Origin: an uncultured bacterium
GTDB lineage: Bacteria > Patescibacteriota > JAHJAL01
Reading direction: 5' to 3'
Assembly: GCA_938004065.1 (NCBI GenBank)
Contig: CALKWM010000041.1
Span: 26,889 to 90,888, forward strand
Length of the DNA: 64,000 nucleotides
Shown here: positions 1 to 9,994 of the stretch, piece after piece
Layout: each line of letters begins with the position of its first letter
Numbering within the stretch: position 1 is the stretch's first letter
Translations under genes and position numbers: made by a program
Notes under the pieces: generated by a model
What the model saw: only the letters and a program-made list of their open reading frames with translations
The model's database searches: none
What the model was told of the DNA's origin: nothing

Positions 1-1338
1 GCCTTTCTCGGAAAAAAAGACAATTGGTGGGGCCCGGCCGGTGAAACCGGCCCTTGTGGACCCGATTCCGAGATATTTTACTGGACTGATTTGTCAGAGC
101 CAGCTCCGGCCAAATTTGATCCCGAAGACAATCGCTGGGTGGAAATTTGGAACAATGTTTTCATGCAATACAACAAGACCAAAGAAGGAAAATTTATTCC
201 ATTGGAACAAAAAAATGTCGATACCGGTATGGGTTTTGAAAGAATGAGTATGGTAATGCAAAACAAAACAAACATTTTTGATACAGACCTATTCCAATCT
301 GTAATCGAAAGTATTGATAAACACACCAAAATAGATAACATCATTGCCAAAAGAATTCTCGCTGACCACATGCGCACCGCTATCTTTATCACCTCCGAAA
401 AAGTTGCCCCTTCCAATGTCGAGCAAGGTTATGTACTTCGCCGAATTTTCCGCCGAGCAATTCGCTACATGAAAAAACTGGAAATAAATGATGTGCAAGG
501 ATTGATAAGTGATTTGATCACCGCAGTTATCAAAAAATACGGTCAGTATTATCGAGAACTTAGTGACAATCAACAATTTATCACTGATGAACTCGTAGCA
601 GAATATGTCAAATTTGAAAAAACCCTGCAACATGGTATGAAAGAATTTGATAAAATGATTGAGCTACTAAAAACCAACAACCAAACTCAACTATCCGGTC
701 ACCCCGCATTCAAATTGTACGACACTTATGGTTTTCCAATTGAAATGACATGTGAGTTAGCCAAAGAACAAAATATTGATGTCGATCGAGAAGGATTTGA
801 TAAAGCTTTCGTCAAACATCAAGAATTGTCTAGAGTAGGGAGTGAGCAAAAATTTAAAGGTGGACTAGCCGATCACACCGAAATTACAACCGCCTATCAC
901 ACTATGACTCATTTATTGCATGCCGGCTTGCGTCACGTATTGGGAACACACGTCGAACAACGCGGTAGCAATATCACTGCCGATAGATTACGTTTCGATT
1001 TCTCTCATCCTGACAAAATGACACCTGAACAAATTGAAAATGTTGAAAACTGGATTAACAATGCGATTACCAATAATTTGATAGTACACAAAGAAGAAAT
1101 GTCCATCGAAGACGCTCTCGCTCAAGGAGCTATGGGAATATTTAAAGACAAATACGGCGACAAAGTTTCTGTTTACACTATATCCAATTCCAAAACCAAC
1201 GAAATATATTCCCGTGAAATCTGTGGCGGACCACATATCCAAGATGGTTCCGATCTGGGAACATTTAAAATACTCAAAGAAGAAAGCTCCTCCGCCGGCA
1301 TCCGCCGTATCAAAGCGGTGTTAGTAAATAAAAAATAA
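1..1338 (+). CDS. alaS: Alanyl-tRNA synthetase, 3' portion. The gene begins upstream of the window. Frame 1 reads through from position 1 (…WWGPAGETGPCGPDSEIFY…). The product ends right after the editing domain (HxxxH … GIRRIKAV), so no C-Ala domain is present.
   Basis: Frame-1 translation from nt 1 contains AlaS catalytic and tRNA-binding motifs (GPCGPDSEIF, FDPEDNRW, MGFERM). The editing-domain motifs HTMTHLLHAGLRHVLGTHVEQRGS and CGGPHI are present. The stop codon is at 1336-1338. Confidence 0.9.
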   Translation, partial: AFLGKKDNWWGPAGETGPCGPDSEIFYWTDLSEPAPAKFDPEDNRWVEIWNNVFMQYNKTKEGKFIPLEQKNVDTGMGFERMSMVMQNKTNIFDTDLFQSVIESIDKHTKIDNIIAKRILADHMRTAIFITSEKVAPSNVEQGYVLRRIFRRAIRYMKKLEINDVQGLISDLITAVIKKYGQYYRELSDNQQFITDELVAEYVKFEKTLQHGMKEFDKMIELLKTNNQTQLSGHPAFKLYDTYGFPIEMTCELAKEQNIDVDREGFDKAFVKHQELSRVGSEQKFKGGLADHTEITTAYHTMTHLLHAGLRHVLGTHVEQRGSNITADRLRFDFSHPDKMTPEQIENVENWINNAITNNLIVHKEEMSIEDALAQGAMGIFKDKYGDKVSVYTISNSKTNEIYSREICGGPHIQDGSDLGTFKILKEESSSAGIRRIKAVLVNKK

Positions 1339-1660
1339 ATAATTACATTCAATATTTCACTTTCTTGCATATTGCTTATTGCATATTGCATATTGGTTAT
1401 TGATACTTTCTTGCTTCTTGCTTCTTGCTTATTGCATATTGGACATTGATCCTTTCTTCTTGATTCTTGTTTCTTTCTTCTTGATTCTTTATTCATTGGA
1501 TATTGGACATTGTTCCTTGCTACTTTCACTTGGATATTGGATATTGGTTATTGATACTTTCTTGCTTCTTGCTTATTGTTTATTGCATATTGGATATTTT
1601 TCATTCACTTGGATATTGATCCTTGATACTTTTTCCCTGCATATTCTTACCTAAAATATT
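1339..1660. repeat. Degenerate heptanucleotide tandem array of about 45 units with consensus near (A/T)TATTGC / TCTTGCT / TTGATAC. It lies between alaS and the ftsA-like gene.
   Basis: Direct reading shows 7-nt periodicity: cttgcat attgctt attgcat attgcat attggtt attgata ctttctt gcttctt … The track ORF 1379..1654 is an artefact of this repeat. Confidence 0.8.
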
Positions 1661-1717
1661 TTTGCTATAATAAAGATTGGATATAATCTTTTATTTTAAA
1701 TTTACATATTTATCGAT

Positions 1718-2941
1718 ATGTCGATTCTGTCTCTTATCAAAGGCAAAAACAAAAACAACAATAGTTTCTTTGTTCTGGACATTGGTGATTTTAGTGTCAA
1801 ATGCTTGATTGTCAAATCCGACACGGGTAGAGAACATGTCAATATCGTAGGTTATGCTTCCGAAGAAATAAACCCGGGAGACGTTTTTCAGGGACAAATT
1901 GTCAATATTCATCCGGTTGTGGAAAAAACCGCAATTGCTATCGACAAAGCTGTTTACCAATCCGGCTTTAAACCGGAATACATCATCGCCGGCATAAATG
2001 GAACACAAGTCGTCAATCAAACCAATGAAATTATCCATACTCGCAAAAATCCCAAACAGAAAATTTCCTCATCGGAACTTTCTGAAATCCTGAATGCTTC
2101 TCAACAACAAATCAAAAAAGACATTTTACAACAAGGCAAATATTCAACTGAAATTGAACTAATCAATGCCTCGGTATTGGAAACCAAAATCGATGATGTG
2201 GCTATCAAAAACCCCCTGGATTTTATCGGACAAAATATCATATTCAAATTATTTAGCTCATTTGCGCCAAGCATCCAGATTAACGCCCTGCAAACAGTTG
2301 CCGACAATTTAAAATTAAATCTTATTACTACCGTTTATCAACCTTTTGCTTATTTCAAAACACTCAAAAACATCCATGAATGCATAGTTATTGATATTGG
2401 AGAAAATCTGACATCTATATTGATCGTCAAAAACAATGAGATAGTTGAAAGTCATACTTTGCCAATAGGTAGTTCGAAGTTTACTCGTAAACTGGCTGAC
2501 AATCTCGAAGTAAATGTAATCAAAGCCAACCAATACAAAATCGATTATGCCAATGATTTTCTTTCTGCCGATACCACCCGGGCAATACTCACTTTATTTT
2601 CCCAACCGATATCTAAATTCAATCAAAAAATACTAAATCATATCCGGAAAATAATCGTTAAAGGTTATCCCACAAAAATTTTGTTTACCGGAGGTGGAAG
2701 TTTGCTCCCGGGAATTATCGAAAATTTTACCAACGAATATCATAAAATTAACAAAAAAGACAATCAGATTGGCATAATTGATATAAACTATTTTGATGAT
2801 CTGATCGACCAAACTAATTGTATCCAAGACACTTCGGCCATGCCCGCTATCGCCATCGCCAAACTTGGAACACAATTTGGTGACTATGACAACACCATCT
2901 CCAATTTCATTAAAAAACTATATCAAACATTGAGAAACTAA
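1718..2941 (+). CDS. Actin-fold ATPase of the FtsA/PilM family, FtsA-like
   Basis: Motifs FVLDIGDFSVKCLIV (phosphate-1), ECIVIDIGENLTSILIV (phosphate-2) and ILFTGGGSLLPGI (adenosine) match the FtsA/PilM fold. No ftsZ follows it. Confidence 0.55.
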   Translation: MSILSLIKGKNKNNNSFFVLDIGDFSVKCLIVKSDTGREHVNIVGYASEEINPGDVFQGQIVNIHPVVEKTAIAIDKAVYQSGFKPEYIIAGINGTQVVNQTNEIIHTRKNPKQKISSSELSEILNASQQQIKKDILQQGKYSTEIELINASVLETKIDDVAIKNPLDFIGQNIIFKLFSSFAPSIQINALQTVADNLKLNLITTVYQPFAYFKTLKNIHECIVIDIGENLTSILIVKNNEIVESHTLPIGSSKFTRKLADNLEVNVIKANQYKIDYANDFLSADTTRAILTLFSQPISKFNQKILNHIRKIIVKGYPTKILFTGGGSLLPGIIENFTNEYHKINKKDNQIGIIDINYFDDLIDQTNCIQDTSAMPAIAIAKLGTQFGDYDNTISNFIKKLYQTLRN

Positions 2942-2969
2942 TATAAATTAATTATAAAAAACCAAAAAT

Positions 2970-4478
2970 ATGAGCAAAACAATTTTTCTCCAACCGGAGG
3001 ACAAATCACCAGAAGCGATCAAAAAAATCAATCACACCAAATCAAAAAGTATTGATCTGGCTATCCCGGAAACATCGGCAATCTTTAACGAAAAAGAGTT
3101 AAAAAATCTTTTTGAGTTTATCTCGAAAAAAAATATCAGCATAACTCTAATCTCCAATGACAATACCGGTCTGCAAATTGCTCAAAAAATCGGTTTACCG
3201 ATCAAATCAACCAATCCCCAAGTCACTATCAACTCCAAACCGTCCAACAAAATCAAAATCATCTACAAAAAAGGCAAGTCAAAAACAAAAGACATAGTAG
3301 TGAAAAAAAATACCAACACTTCACCCCAAAAGAAAGAGAAAGAAGTCAAAAAAGTCAAACCCAGTTTTTTAAGCCAACTTCTCTTTGGTTTTTTAACAAT
3401 TCTCAGTATCATCGTTATTATCACTGTTTTCCTAATCATCGTACCTACTACCAAAATTAGCATTACCACTCAGGTTGATAGTATTCCGGTGAATTATAGT
3501 TTCACGCTCGACACCGAACAGAAAAACGTTGATTTTATCAATGGTGTTATTCCGTCTCAATCCATAACTATTGATGAAGAACTAACTCAAGAATCCCGTG
3601 CTACCGGCGAAAAAAACGATGGCACTCCGGCATCAGGCACTATCACAGTTTACAATCAATCTCAGTCCGAATTACCGCTGGTTGGCAATACACGATTTTT
3701 GTCCACCGGCGGAGTTTTGTTTCGATCGACCAATGCCGTCAATGTTCCGGCCGGTGGCAGTGCCAATGTCACAGTAGTGGCTGATGAGGCCGGCAGTCAA
3801 GGCAATATTAGCCCGAGCAAATTTACTCTTCCCGCCCTTCCTGATTCCGGTTCTTATTTTTACGGTCAGTCATCCGCCAACATGACCGGAGGTGCGGACA
3901 ATATTATTTATTATCTATCAGACACGGATATCCATTACTCAACGGACGAAATTCGTCAAAGTCTATACAATATGGCCATTAATGATCTGATCAACAAACT
4001 CCCTGCCGGTCGTAAATACATTTCTCCCGACATACAAGACATTCAGATTGAAACCTCCACCGATGCCAAAGTCGGAGATCAAGTTGATACTTTCAATATC
4101 AAAGCCAAAACAACCGTTACTTTCATCGTTTACGATGACAAAGATCTCACTCAATTAACCACAAACAATCTCTCCAAACAGATTTCCAAAGAAAGAGTTT
4201 TTGTATCAAACGGTATTGACGATATGTCGGTTACGGTCAAAGAAATTGATGTTAATGATGGATTTGCCAAGCTCGATATCTCCACCAATGCTTTGAGTGC
4301 ACCACTATACAATACCGATATTATCAAGAGCGAAATATCCGGCAAATCCAAAGAACAAGTCAAGGAATATTTCCTCCAATATCCGGAAATTCAACAAATC
4401 GATATCGAATTCTGGCCGGATTGGGTTAAACGCGTTAGTAACATACCTTCCCGCATCTATATCGACATAGTCTGGTAA
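2970..4478 (+). CDS. Hypothetical bitopic membrane protein. It has a ~130-aa cytoplasmic N-domain, a Lys-rich linker, one TM helix and a ~330-aa extracytoplasmic domain.
   Basis: The ORF is 502 aa. The hydrophobic segment LLFGFLTILSIIVIITVFLIIV follows a KKGKSKTKDIVVKK linker. No family was recognised. Confidence 0.5.
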   Translation: MSKTIFLQPEDKSPEAIKKINHTKSKSIDLAIPETSAIFNEKELKNLFEFISKKNISITLISNDNTGLQIAQKIGLPIKSTNPQVTINSKPSNKIKIIYKKGKSKTKDIVVKKNTNTSPQKKEKEVKKVKPSFLSQLLFGFLTILSIIVIITVFLIIVPTTKISITTQVDSIPVNYSFTLDTEQKNVDFINGVIPSQSITIDEELTQESRATGEKNDGTPASGTITVYNQSQSELPLVGNTRFLSTGGVLFRSTNAVNVPAGGSANVTVVADEAGSQGNISPSKFTLPALPDSGSYFYGQSSANMTGGADNIIYYLSDTDIHYSTDEIRQSLYNMAINDLINKLPAGRKYISPDIQDIQIETSTDAKVGDQVDTFNIKAKTTVTFIVYDDKDLTQLTTNNLSKQISKERVFVSNGIDDMSVTVKEIDVNDGFAKLDISTNALSAPLYNTDIIKSEISGKSKEQVKEYFLQYPEIQQIDIEFWPDWVKRVSNIPSRIYIDIVW

Positions 4479-4534
4479 AATTTTTAATCGATACCAACAT
4501 ATTCCCCGCAAGAATTTTTATCCATTTAACATAT

Positions 4535-4960
4535 ATGGACAAAATCACTTCGCGGGGAATAACCAATAATTACAAAAAACTCATGACAAATATTTTAGCC
4601 ATTGATTACGGTTCTAAAAACATCGGTTTAGCCGGAAAAATAGGTGATGACAATCCTATTGTGCCTTATGATATTTTAGCCAACGATCAAAATACATTTA
4701 TCAATCTTGATAAAATTATCAATGAAAAAAATATCAATTTTATCCTAATCGGAATGCCATATTGTCTGAGTGGTAAATCCGGCCCACAAGCGGAAATCGT
4801 CCAAAAATTCGCTCAAAATATTGAGGATAAATTCAACCTCGAAATTGAATTTATCGACGAACGCTTAACATCAAAACTGTTTGATGATCAAATGCCAAAT
4901 TCCGACAGTATGGTTGCCTATCATTTATTGGATTCGTATCTAAAAAGGAGCAAAAAATGA
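4535..4960 (+). CDS. ruvX: Holliday-junction resolvase-like / pre-16S rRNA nuclease YqgF (RuvX). The true start may be the internal ATG at 4583 (MTNILAIDYG).
   Basis: ILAIDYGSKNIGLA … FILIGMPYCLSGKSGPQAE … IDERLTS is the YqgF/RuvX signature. Confidence 0.85.
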   Translation: MDKITSRGITNNYKKLMTNILAIDYGSKNIGLAGKIGDDNPIVPYDILANDQNTFINLDKIINEKNINFILIGMPYCLSGKSGPQAEIVQKFAQNIEDKFNLEIEFIDERLTSKLFDDQMPNSDSMVAYHLLDSYLKRSKK

Positions 4961-5961
4961 CCAAAGAAAAAAAATCAAATTGTTTCAGTTGTTTGCTAAT
5001 TTTATTGATAATTGGGTTTTTAGCCGTTCTATCACCTATATATTACTTCTACACCAACTACAATTACACTTCAAAAAATGCAGTTCAAATTGACATCCAA
5101 GAGGGAGATGGCACCGATGACATTAGTCGAAAATTGGCCACCTCCAAAGTGGTCAAATCCGATCTTTTCTTTCAAATATACACATTTTACACCAATGATT
5201 ATCAACTTTTTCAACCCGGAAGTTATAACATCCCTGCCGGATCAACTATCGATGATACTATAAAAATTTTAACTACTATCAAAGAAACCGAGGTCAAATT
5301 GACTTTTCCGGAAGGGATGACCACCGATGAAATTTTCGATCTTGTTTCCGCCAACACATCTGTCAGCAAATCCGAATTATTAAAAGAATCATTAAAACAA
5401 TCATCCAATTTGCCATTTGATATTTCAAATTATCCCATCAATGACCATTTGGAAGGATTTATTTTCCCTGATACCTATATCTTCAATATTGACACCACCG
5501 CATCCGAAGTGGTTGAAAAAATTCTGGATAATTTCAACAAAAAATGGAATAGTCTGGAAAAAAACGAAACCGAGCTCTCAGATTATGATATATTAATATT
5601 GGCCTCAATTATTGAAAAAGAAGCCGCCAATGCGGATGAAAGTCAAATTATTTCCGGAATCCTGCATGATCGATTAAAATACAATATTTACCTTGGAGTC
5701 AATTCCACTATCAATTATATTTTGAACGAACCGGAAGCATTTTTTTCCAACGGCGAGAACAATATTGACTCACCATACAATACCTATCTAAATTACGGCC
5801 TGCCCCCAACGCCCATCTGCAATCCCGGTCTTTCCTCCATCAAAGCCGCTCTCAATCCCGAATTTACTGACTATGTATTTTATCTGCATACTCCGGATGG
5901 CCAGATAATTTACTCCGAAACTCTCGACGAACACAACCTCAACATCGCCAAATACTATTAA
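4957..5961 (+). CDS. mltG: Endolytic murein transglycosylase MltG (YceG family)
   Basis: N-terminal TM anchor. The YceG motifs LTFPEGMTTDEI, ASIIEKEA and SPYNTYLNYGLPPTPICNPG are present. Confidence 0.85.
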   Translation: MTKEKKSNCFSCLLILLIIGFLAVLSPIYYFYTNYNYTSKNAVQIDIQEGDGTDDISRKLATSKVVKSDLFFQIYTFYTNDYQLFQPGSYNIPAGSTIDDTIKILTTIKETEVKLTFPEGMTTDEIFDLVSANTSVSKSELLKESLKQSSNLPFDISNYPINDHLEGFIFPDTYIFNIDTTASEVVEKILDNFNKKWNSLEKNETELSDYDILILASIIEKEAANADESQIISGILHDRLKYNIYLGVNSTINYILNEPEAFFSNGENNIDSPYNTYLNYGLPPTPICNPGLSSIKAALNPEFTDYVFYLHTPDGQIIYSETLDEHNLNIAKYY

Positions 5962-6070
5962 TTTATATCCGATACATTTTTAATTCAAAAAATTTTGTTG
6001 ATAATTATTCATAATTTTTCCCGTTTGAAAAGTTTGAATATGTTTGAACAAGTTTGCTAAGTTTATTATA

Positions 6071-7120
6071 ATGCTTTCCAATTTTCTCGGACTATTTTCG
6101 CATGATATCGGCATTGATTTGGGTACTGCCAATACCCTGGTTTTTGTTCGTGGCAAAGGGATTATCATCAACGAACCATCTGTTGTTGCCATCAACAATC
6201 GTACCAACCAGATACTGGCCATTGGGCAAGAAGCCAAAAGAATGGTTGGACGCACTCCCGGACACATAGTTGCTACCAGACCGTTGATTGATGGTGTCGT
6301 TTCAGACTTTGAAATCACTGAACAGATGCTCCGTTACTTTATCGAAAAAGTCCATCGCGAAACATTTACCATCCTGCCTCGTCCTCGCGTTGTTATCGGT
6401 GTACCGTACGGAGTTACCGAAGTTGAAAAAAGGGCCGCCCAAGAAGCTGCCATCAACGCCGGCGCACGCGAAGTTTACTTGATAGAAGAACCAATGGCCG
6501 CCGCTATCGGTGCCAGATTGCCTGTCCAGGAAGCCACCGGTTGTATGATTGTCGATATCGGTGGTGGTACCAGTGAAATCGCCGTTATCTCCCTCGGAGG
6601 TATAGTTGTGTCCAAATCATTACGTATTGCCGGTGATGAATTAAACCAAGACATCATCAACTATGCCCGCGATAAATTCAATCTGCTTATCGGTGAAAGA
6701 ACGGCTGAGGAAATCAAAATACAGATAGGCAACGTTTTCCATCATACTGAGGTTGAAGAGTATATCATGCGTGGCCGTGACCTGGTTACCGGCTTACCCA
6801 AAGCGATAACGGTAAATTCCAAAGAAATTCAGGAAGCTCTCTCCAAATCCATTACACACATTGTCGATTCCATTAATTACATCATCGAAGAAACTCCCCC
6901 CGAACTTCTGGCCGACATTATGCAACGTGGCATATGGTTGGCCGGTGGCGGAGCTTTATTGACCGGCCTAGATCAGCTCATCGCTAAAACAACATCGATT
7001 CCAACCCATGTTGTTGACGATCCGTTAACCGCTGTCTCGCGTGGCACCGGTTATGTTCTCGAAGAACTCGAACAATTAAAATCGGTATTGGTGGATACCG
7101 ATATTAGTCCTAGTCTGTAA
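6071..7120 (+). CDS. mreB: Rod-shape protein MreB. Start chosen at the ATG that aligns with the E. coli MreB N-terminus; the track ORF begins 27 nt earlier at 6044.
   Basis: MLSNFLGLFSHDIGIDLGTANTLVFVRGKGIIINEPSVVAI, DIGGGTSEIAVIS and GIWLAGGGALLTGLD. Confidence 0.92.
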   Translation: MLSNFLGLFSHDIGIDLGTANTLVFVRGKGIIINEPSVVAINNRTNQILAIGQEAKRMVGRTPGHIVATRPLIDGVVSDFEITEQMLRYFIEKVHRETFTILPRPRVVIGVPYGVTEVEKRAAQEAAINAGAREVYLIEEPMAAAIGARLPVQEATGCMIVDIGGGTSEIAVISLGGIVVSKSLRIAGDELNQDIINYARDKFNLLIGERTAEEIKIQIGNVFHHTEVEEYIMRGRDLVTGLPKAITVNSKEIQEALSKSITHIVDSINYIIEETPPELLADIMQRGIWLAGGGALLTGLDQLIAKTTSIPTHVVDDPLTAVSRGTGYVLEELEQLKSVLVDTDISPSL

Positions 7121-7127
7121 GAAGCTT

Positions 7128-7952
7128 ATGGCTTACAATTACGAAAAACTAAAGAAAAATCTCTCGCAAAAACGCCGTTTCCTCACTATAACCATTATCA
7201 GCTTGATGGTTATAATACTATTTTTTGGCAGAAATTTGATCTATGATTATAGCAATTATTTATTATCAATCGTATATAAACCATACAACGATATAGTTGG
7301 TGATAGTTACGATTTTTTTGATATGCTTCAAAATATAAATCAGCTTTACAATGAAAACACGATTTTGAAAGAAAAAAATGTAAAATTATTGCAAGAAAAC
7401 ACCAATCTGCAATATCTGATCGAAGAAAATACTGAGCTTAAGAAAAATCTTAACTATTCCAAAACCAATCCTGACCTCACATATCTAACTGCCAAAATTT
7501 ATGCCCAAGACCCATTAAATATTACCAATCTGATTTCGATTGACAAGGGTAGCACCAATGGTATAAAGATTGGTCAAAATGTAGTTTACAATGGTATTTA
7601 CCTGGGACAAATCATCGAAGTAAACAAATACACCTCACAAGTCAAGATGCTCACTGATCCCACTTTACAAATTGTGGCACAAATTCCCTCCGCCAACACC
7701 AATGGGATCGTTCATGGTCAGATTGGTTTCGGTATGATTATGCAGGACATACCACCGGATGCTACACTGGAAATTGGCCAACTGGTAACAACTTCAGCTA
7801 TTGATTACAATATGCCGGAAAATTTGTTAATTGGAGAGATCATCGAAATCGAACATACCGATCAAGACATATTCCAAAAAGTCATCGTCAAACCCTATTA
7901 CAATCCCAACGATTTAAAATTTGTTCTTGTTTATATCAATGATGAAAATTGA
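7128..7952 (+). CDS. mreC: Rod-shape protein MreC
   Basis: Immediately follows mreB. It has an N-terminal TM helix, a coiled-coil (LKEKNVKLLQENTNLQYLIEENTELK) and a C-terminal beta domain (NGIVHGQIGFG … LVTTS). Confidence 0.8.
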   Translation: MAYNYEKLKKNLSQKRRFLTITIISLMVIILFFGRNLIYDYSNYLLSIVYKPYNDIVGDSYDFFDMLQNINQLYNENTILKEKNVKLLQENTNLQYLIEENTELKKNLNYSKTNPDLTYLTAKIYAQDPLNITNLISIDKGSTNGIKIGQNVVYNGIYLGQIIEVNKYTSQVKMLTDPTLQIVAQIPSANTNGIVHGQIGFGMIMQDIPPDATLEIGQLVTTSAIDYNMPENLLIGEIIEIEHTDQDIFQKVIVKPYYNPNDLKFVLVYINDEN

Positions 7953-9990
7953 TCTCAAATCAGATCTGTTAAAAACCAAATTAGTTAACGAAAAATCATA
8001 CCAGCTTTTGAAATTGAATGGTATCACTTCCGTTTTTGATTTATTGCATTATTTTCCTTTACGCTACGAAGATTACTCCACCAAATTGACGACCAATCAA
8101 ATCAAACAAGCGGGTTTTTTCCACATTATCGCCACCGTTCAATCAATAAACACCAGGCGTTCTTTTCGTCGTGGTATTTCTATGGCCGAAGTAACCGTCA
8201 AAGACGATACCGGATTCTTTAAATTCACTTTTTTTAACAATCGATTTATTGCCAAAATTTTAAAAAAAGAACAAAAATATATATTTCTGTGCCAAGCTGG
8301 CATCACCAACTACGGACTACAAGTTACCAATCCACTTTTTTATTCATATCATCGAGATATAATCATCGAGAAAATCATTCCCATCTATTCGGAAACCAAA
8401 TCGATTAAATCCAATTGGTTTAAATTAAAGATTTCTAAAATTATCAACTCAAGCCACGATTTACCAGATTATTTACCTGATCACATCATCAAAGAATTAA
8501 AACTTTTACCGCTATCAGAAGCAATTTACAAAATTCATAAACCGTCCAATTTCCATGATATAAAACTGGCAACCAAAAGAATTTCTTTCAATGAAATTTT
8601 TCTCATGCAGTTAAGAAATTTTTACCGGCAAACAGGTTATCGTAAACAGCGCAGTCATCAGGTAAAATTCGATCTATCATATCTGAAAAAAGATTTAAAA
8701 AATATCTCATTTGATTTAACAAATTACCAAAAAAAATCACTTTGGGAAATTTTGCAAGATTTGGATCAAAAGACACCCATGAATCGACTGCTGGAAGGTG
8801 ATGTCGGTTCCGGTAAAACCGTTATTGCTGCCTTGGCCGCATCTCACAATACAAATAGTAAATTTCAAACGGTCATAGTAGCCCCAACAGAAATACTGGC
8901 CTTACAACATTATCAAAAATTCAGTGATTATCTTTCCCATCGCAACTATCAAATCGGAATTTTTACTCAATCAACCATTCAAATCAATCAAAACAAGATA
9001 AATAAAGAAAAATTTATCAGAGCTACTGGCAAGGGTTCGATAGATATTATCATCGCCACTCATGCTATCTGGCACAATCAGATAAAATTTAAAAATCTCA
9101 ACCTTGTTATCATCGATGAACAACATCGTTTTGGAGTCAAACAACGCAATCTGCTTTCATCCGATTCGCACTTTGTCCCACACACACTTACCATGTCAGC
9201 GACTCCGATTCCCCGTAGTCTGGCTCTATCGGTATACGGACATATCAAAATTTCTCAAATCAAATCATTGCCCCAAGGTCGAAAACCGATTATTACCAAA
9301 ATCATACATCCCAACTATCGTCAACAAACATACGATTTTGTAAATATGGAAATAAAAAAAGGCCGTCAGGCATTTGTTATATGTCCTTTGGTCGAAGAAT
9401 CGGAAAAAATTTCCGTCAAATCCGTCACGGATGAATACAAAAAACTTGGCAAAATTTTCCCTAAATTCAAAATTGCCCTTTTGCATGGTCAACTCAAAGA
9501 TAAAGAAAAAGAAGAAGTTATGAATCAATTCAATGCGGGAAAAATCGATATCATCGTCTCCACATCGGTCATCGAAGTTGGTATCGATGTTCCCAACGCC
9601 AATATCATCATTATCGAAGGATCGGAGAGATTTGGTTTATCTCAACTTCATCAATTCCGCGGCCGGGTCGGCCGCGGTGAACATCAATCATACTGCTTTT
9701 TGTTTACCGATTTACCAAACCCCAAAGTCATCGCCCGCTTACGTGTTCTGGTCAAAACCAACGACGGTTTCAAGATTGCCGAAGCCGATCTCAAGCTCCG
9801 CGGTCCGGGAGATATGTCCGGATTTCGCCAATCCGGTTTACCCGACCTCAAAATGGCTAGTCTCTCTGACCAAAAATTAATTGAATTATCACTAAAATCT
9901 GTCAAAGATTTACTAAAAAAAGATCCGGTTTTATCTCATCACCCCAACCTCCTCGCCAAAATCTCCTCAACATCAAATTTTTTAAATTAA
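7939..9990 (+). CDS. recG: ATP-dependent DNA helicase RecG. The track ORF starts at TTG 7921; the first ATG is at 7939.
   Basis: Wedge-domain region with PLRYED. Helicase motifs LEGDVGSGKTVIA, DEQHRFGV, TMSATPIPRSL, VSTSVIEVGIDVPNA and QLHQFRGRVGRG. Confidence 0.92.
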   Translation: MMKIDLKSDLLKTKLVNEKSYQLLKLNGITSVFDLLHYFPLRYEDYSTKLTTNQIKQAGFFHIIATVQSINTRRSFRRGISMAEVTVKDDTGFFKFTFFNNRFIAKILKKEQKYIFLCQAGITNYGLQVTNPLFYSYHRDIIIEKIIPIYSETKSIKSNWFKLKISKIINSSHDLPDYLPDHIIKELKLLPLSEAIYKIHKPSNFHDIKLATKRISFNEIFLMQLRNFYRQTGYRKQRSHQVKFDLSYLKKDLKNISFDLTNYQKKSLWEILQDLDQKTPMNRLLEGDVGSGKTVIAALAASHNTNSKFQTVIVAPTEILALQHYQKFSDYLSHRNYQIGIFTQSTIQINQNKINKEKFIRATGKGSIDIIIATHAIWHNQIKFKNLNLVIIDEQHRFGVKQRNLLSSDSHFVPHTLTMSATPIPRSLALSVYGHIKISQIKSLPQGRKPIITKIIHPNYRQQTYDFVNMEIKKGRQAFVICPLVEESEKISVKSVTDEYKKLGKIFPKFKIALLHGQLKDKEKEEVMNQFNAGKIDIIVSTSVIEVGIDVPNANIIIIEGSERFGLSQLHQFRGRVGRGEHQSYCFLFTDLPNPKVIARLRVLVKTNDGFKIAEADLKLRGPGDMSGFRQSGLPDLKMASLSDQKLIELSLKSVKDLLKKDPVLSHHPNLLAKISSTSNFLN

Positions 9991-9994
9991 ATAT

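Noticed and set aside
1379-1654. Track ORF of 91 aa (MHIAYWLLILSCFLLL…) and the similar ORFs 62066..62248 and 62073..62351
   Set aside because: They are translations of the heptanucleotide tandem arrays. The periodic Leu/Ile/Cys/Tyr composition is a repeat artefact, not a gene.
1339-1660. CRISPR array
   Set aside because: The repeats are 7-nt and contiguous, with no unique spacers of about 30 nt and no cas genes. This is microsatellite-type tandem DNA, not CRISPR.
6044-6070. Longer MreB start at 6044 (MNKFAKFII…)
   Set aside because: Alignment to the canonical MreB N-terminus (MLKKFRGMFSNDLSIDLG) fits the ATG at 6071 exactly. The 9 extra codons are probably upstream read-through.
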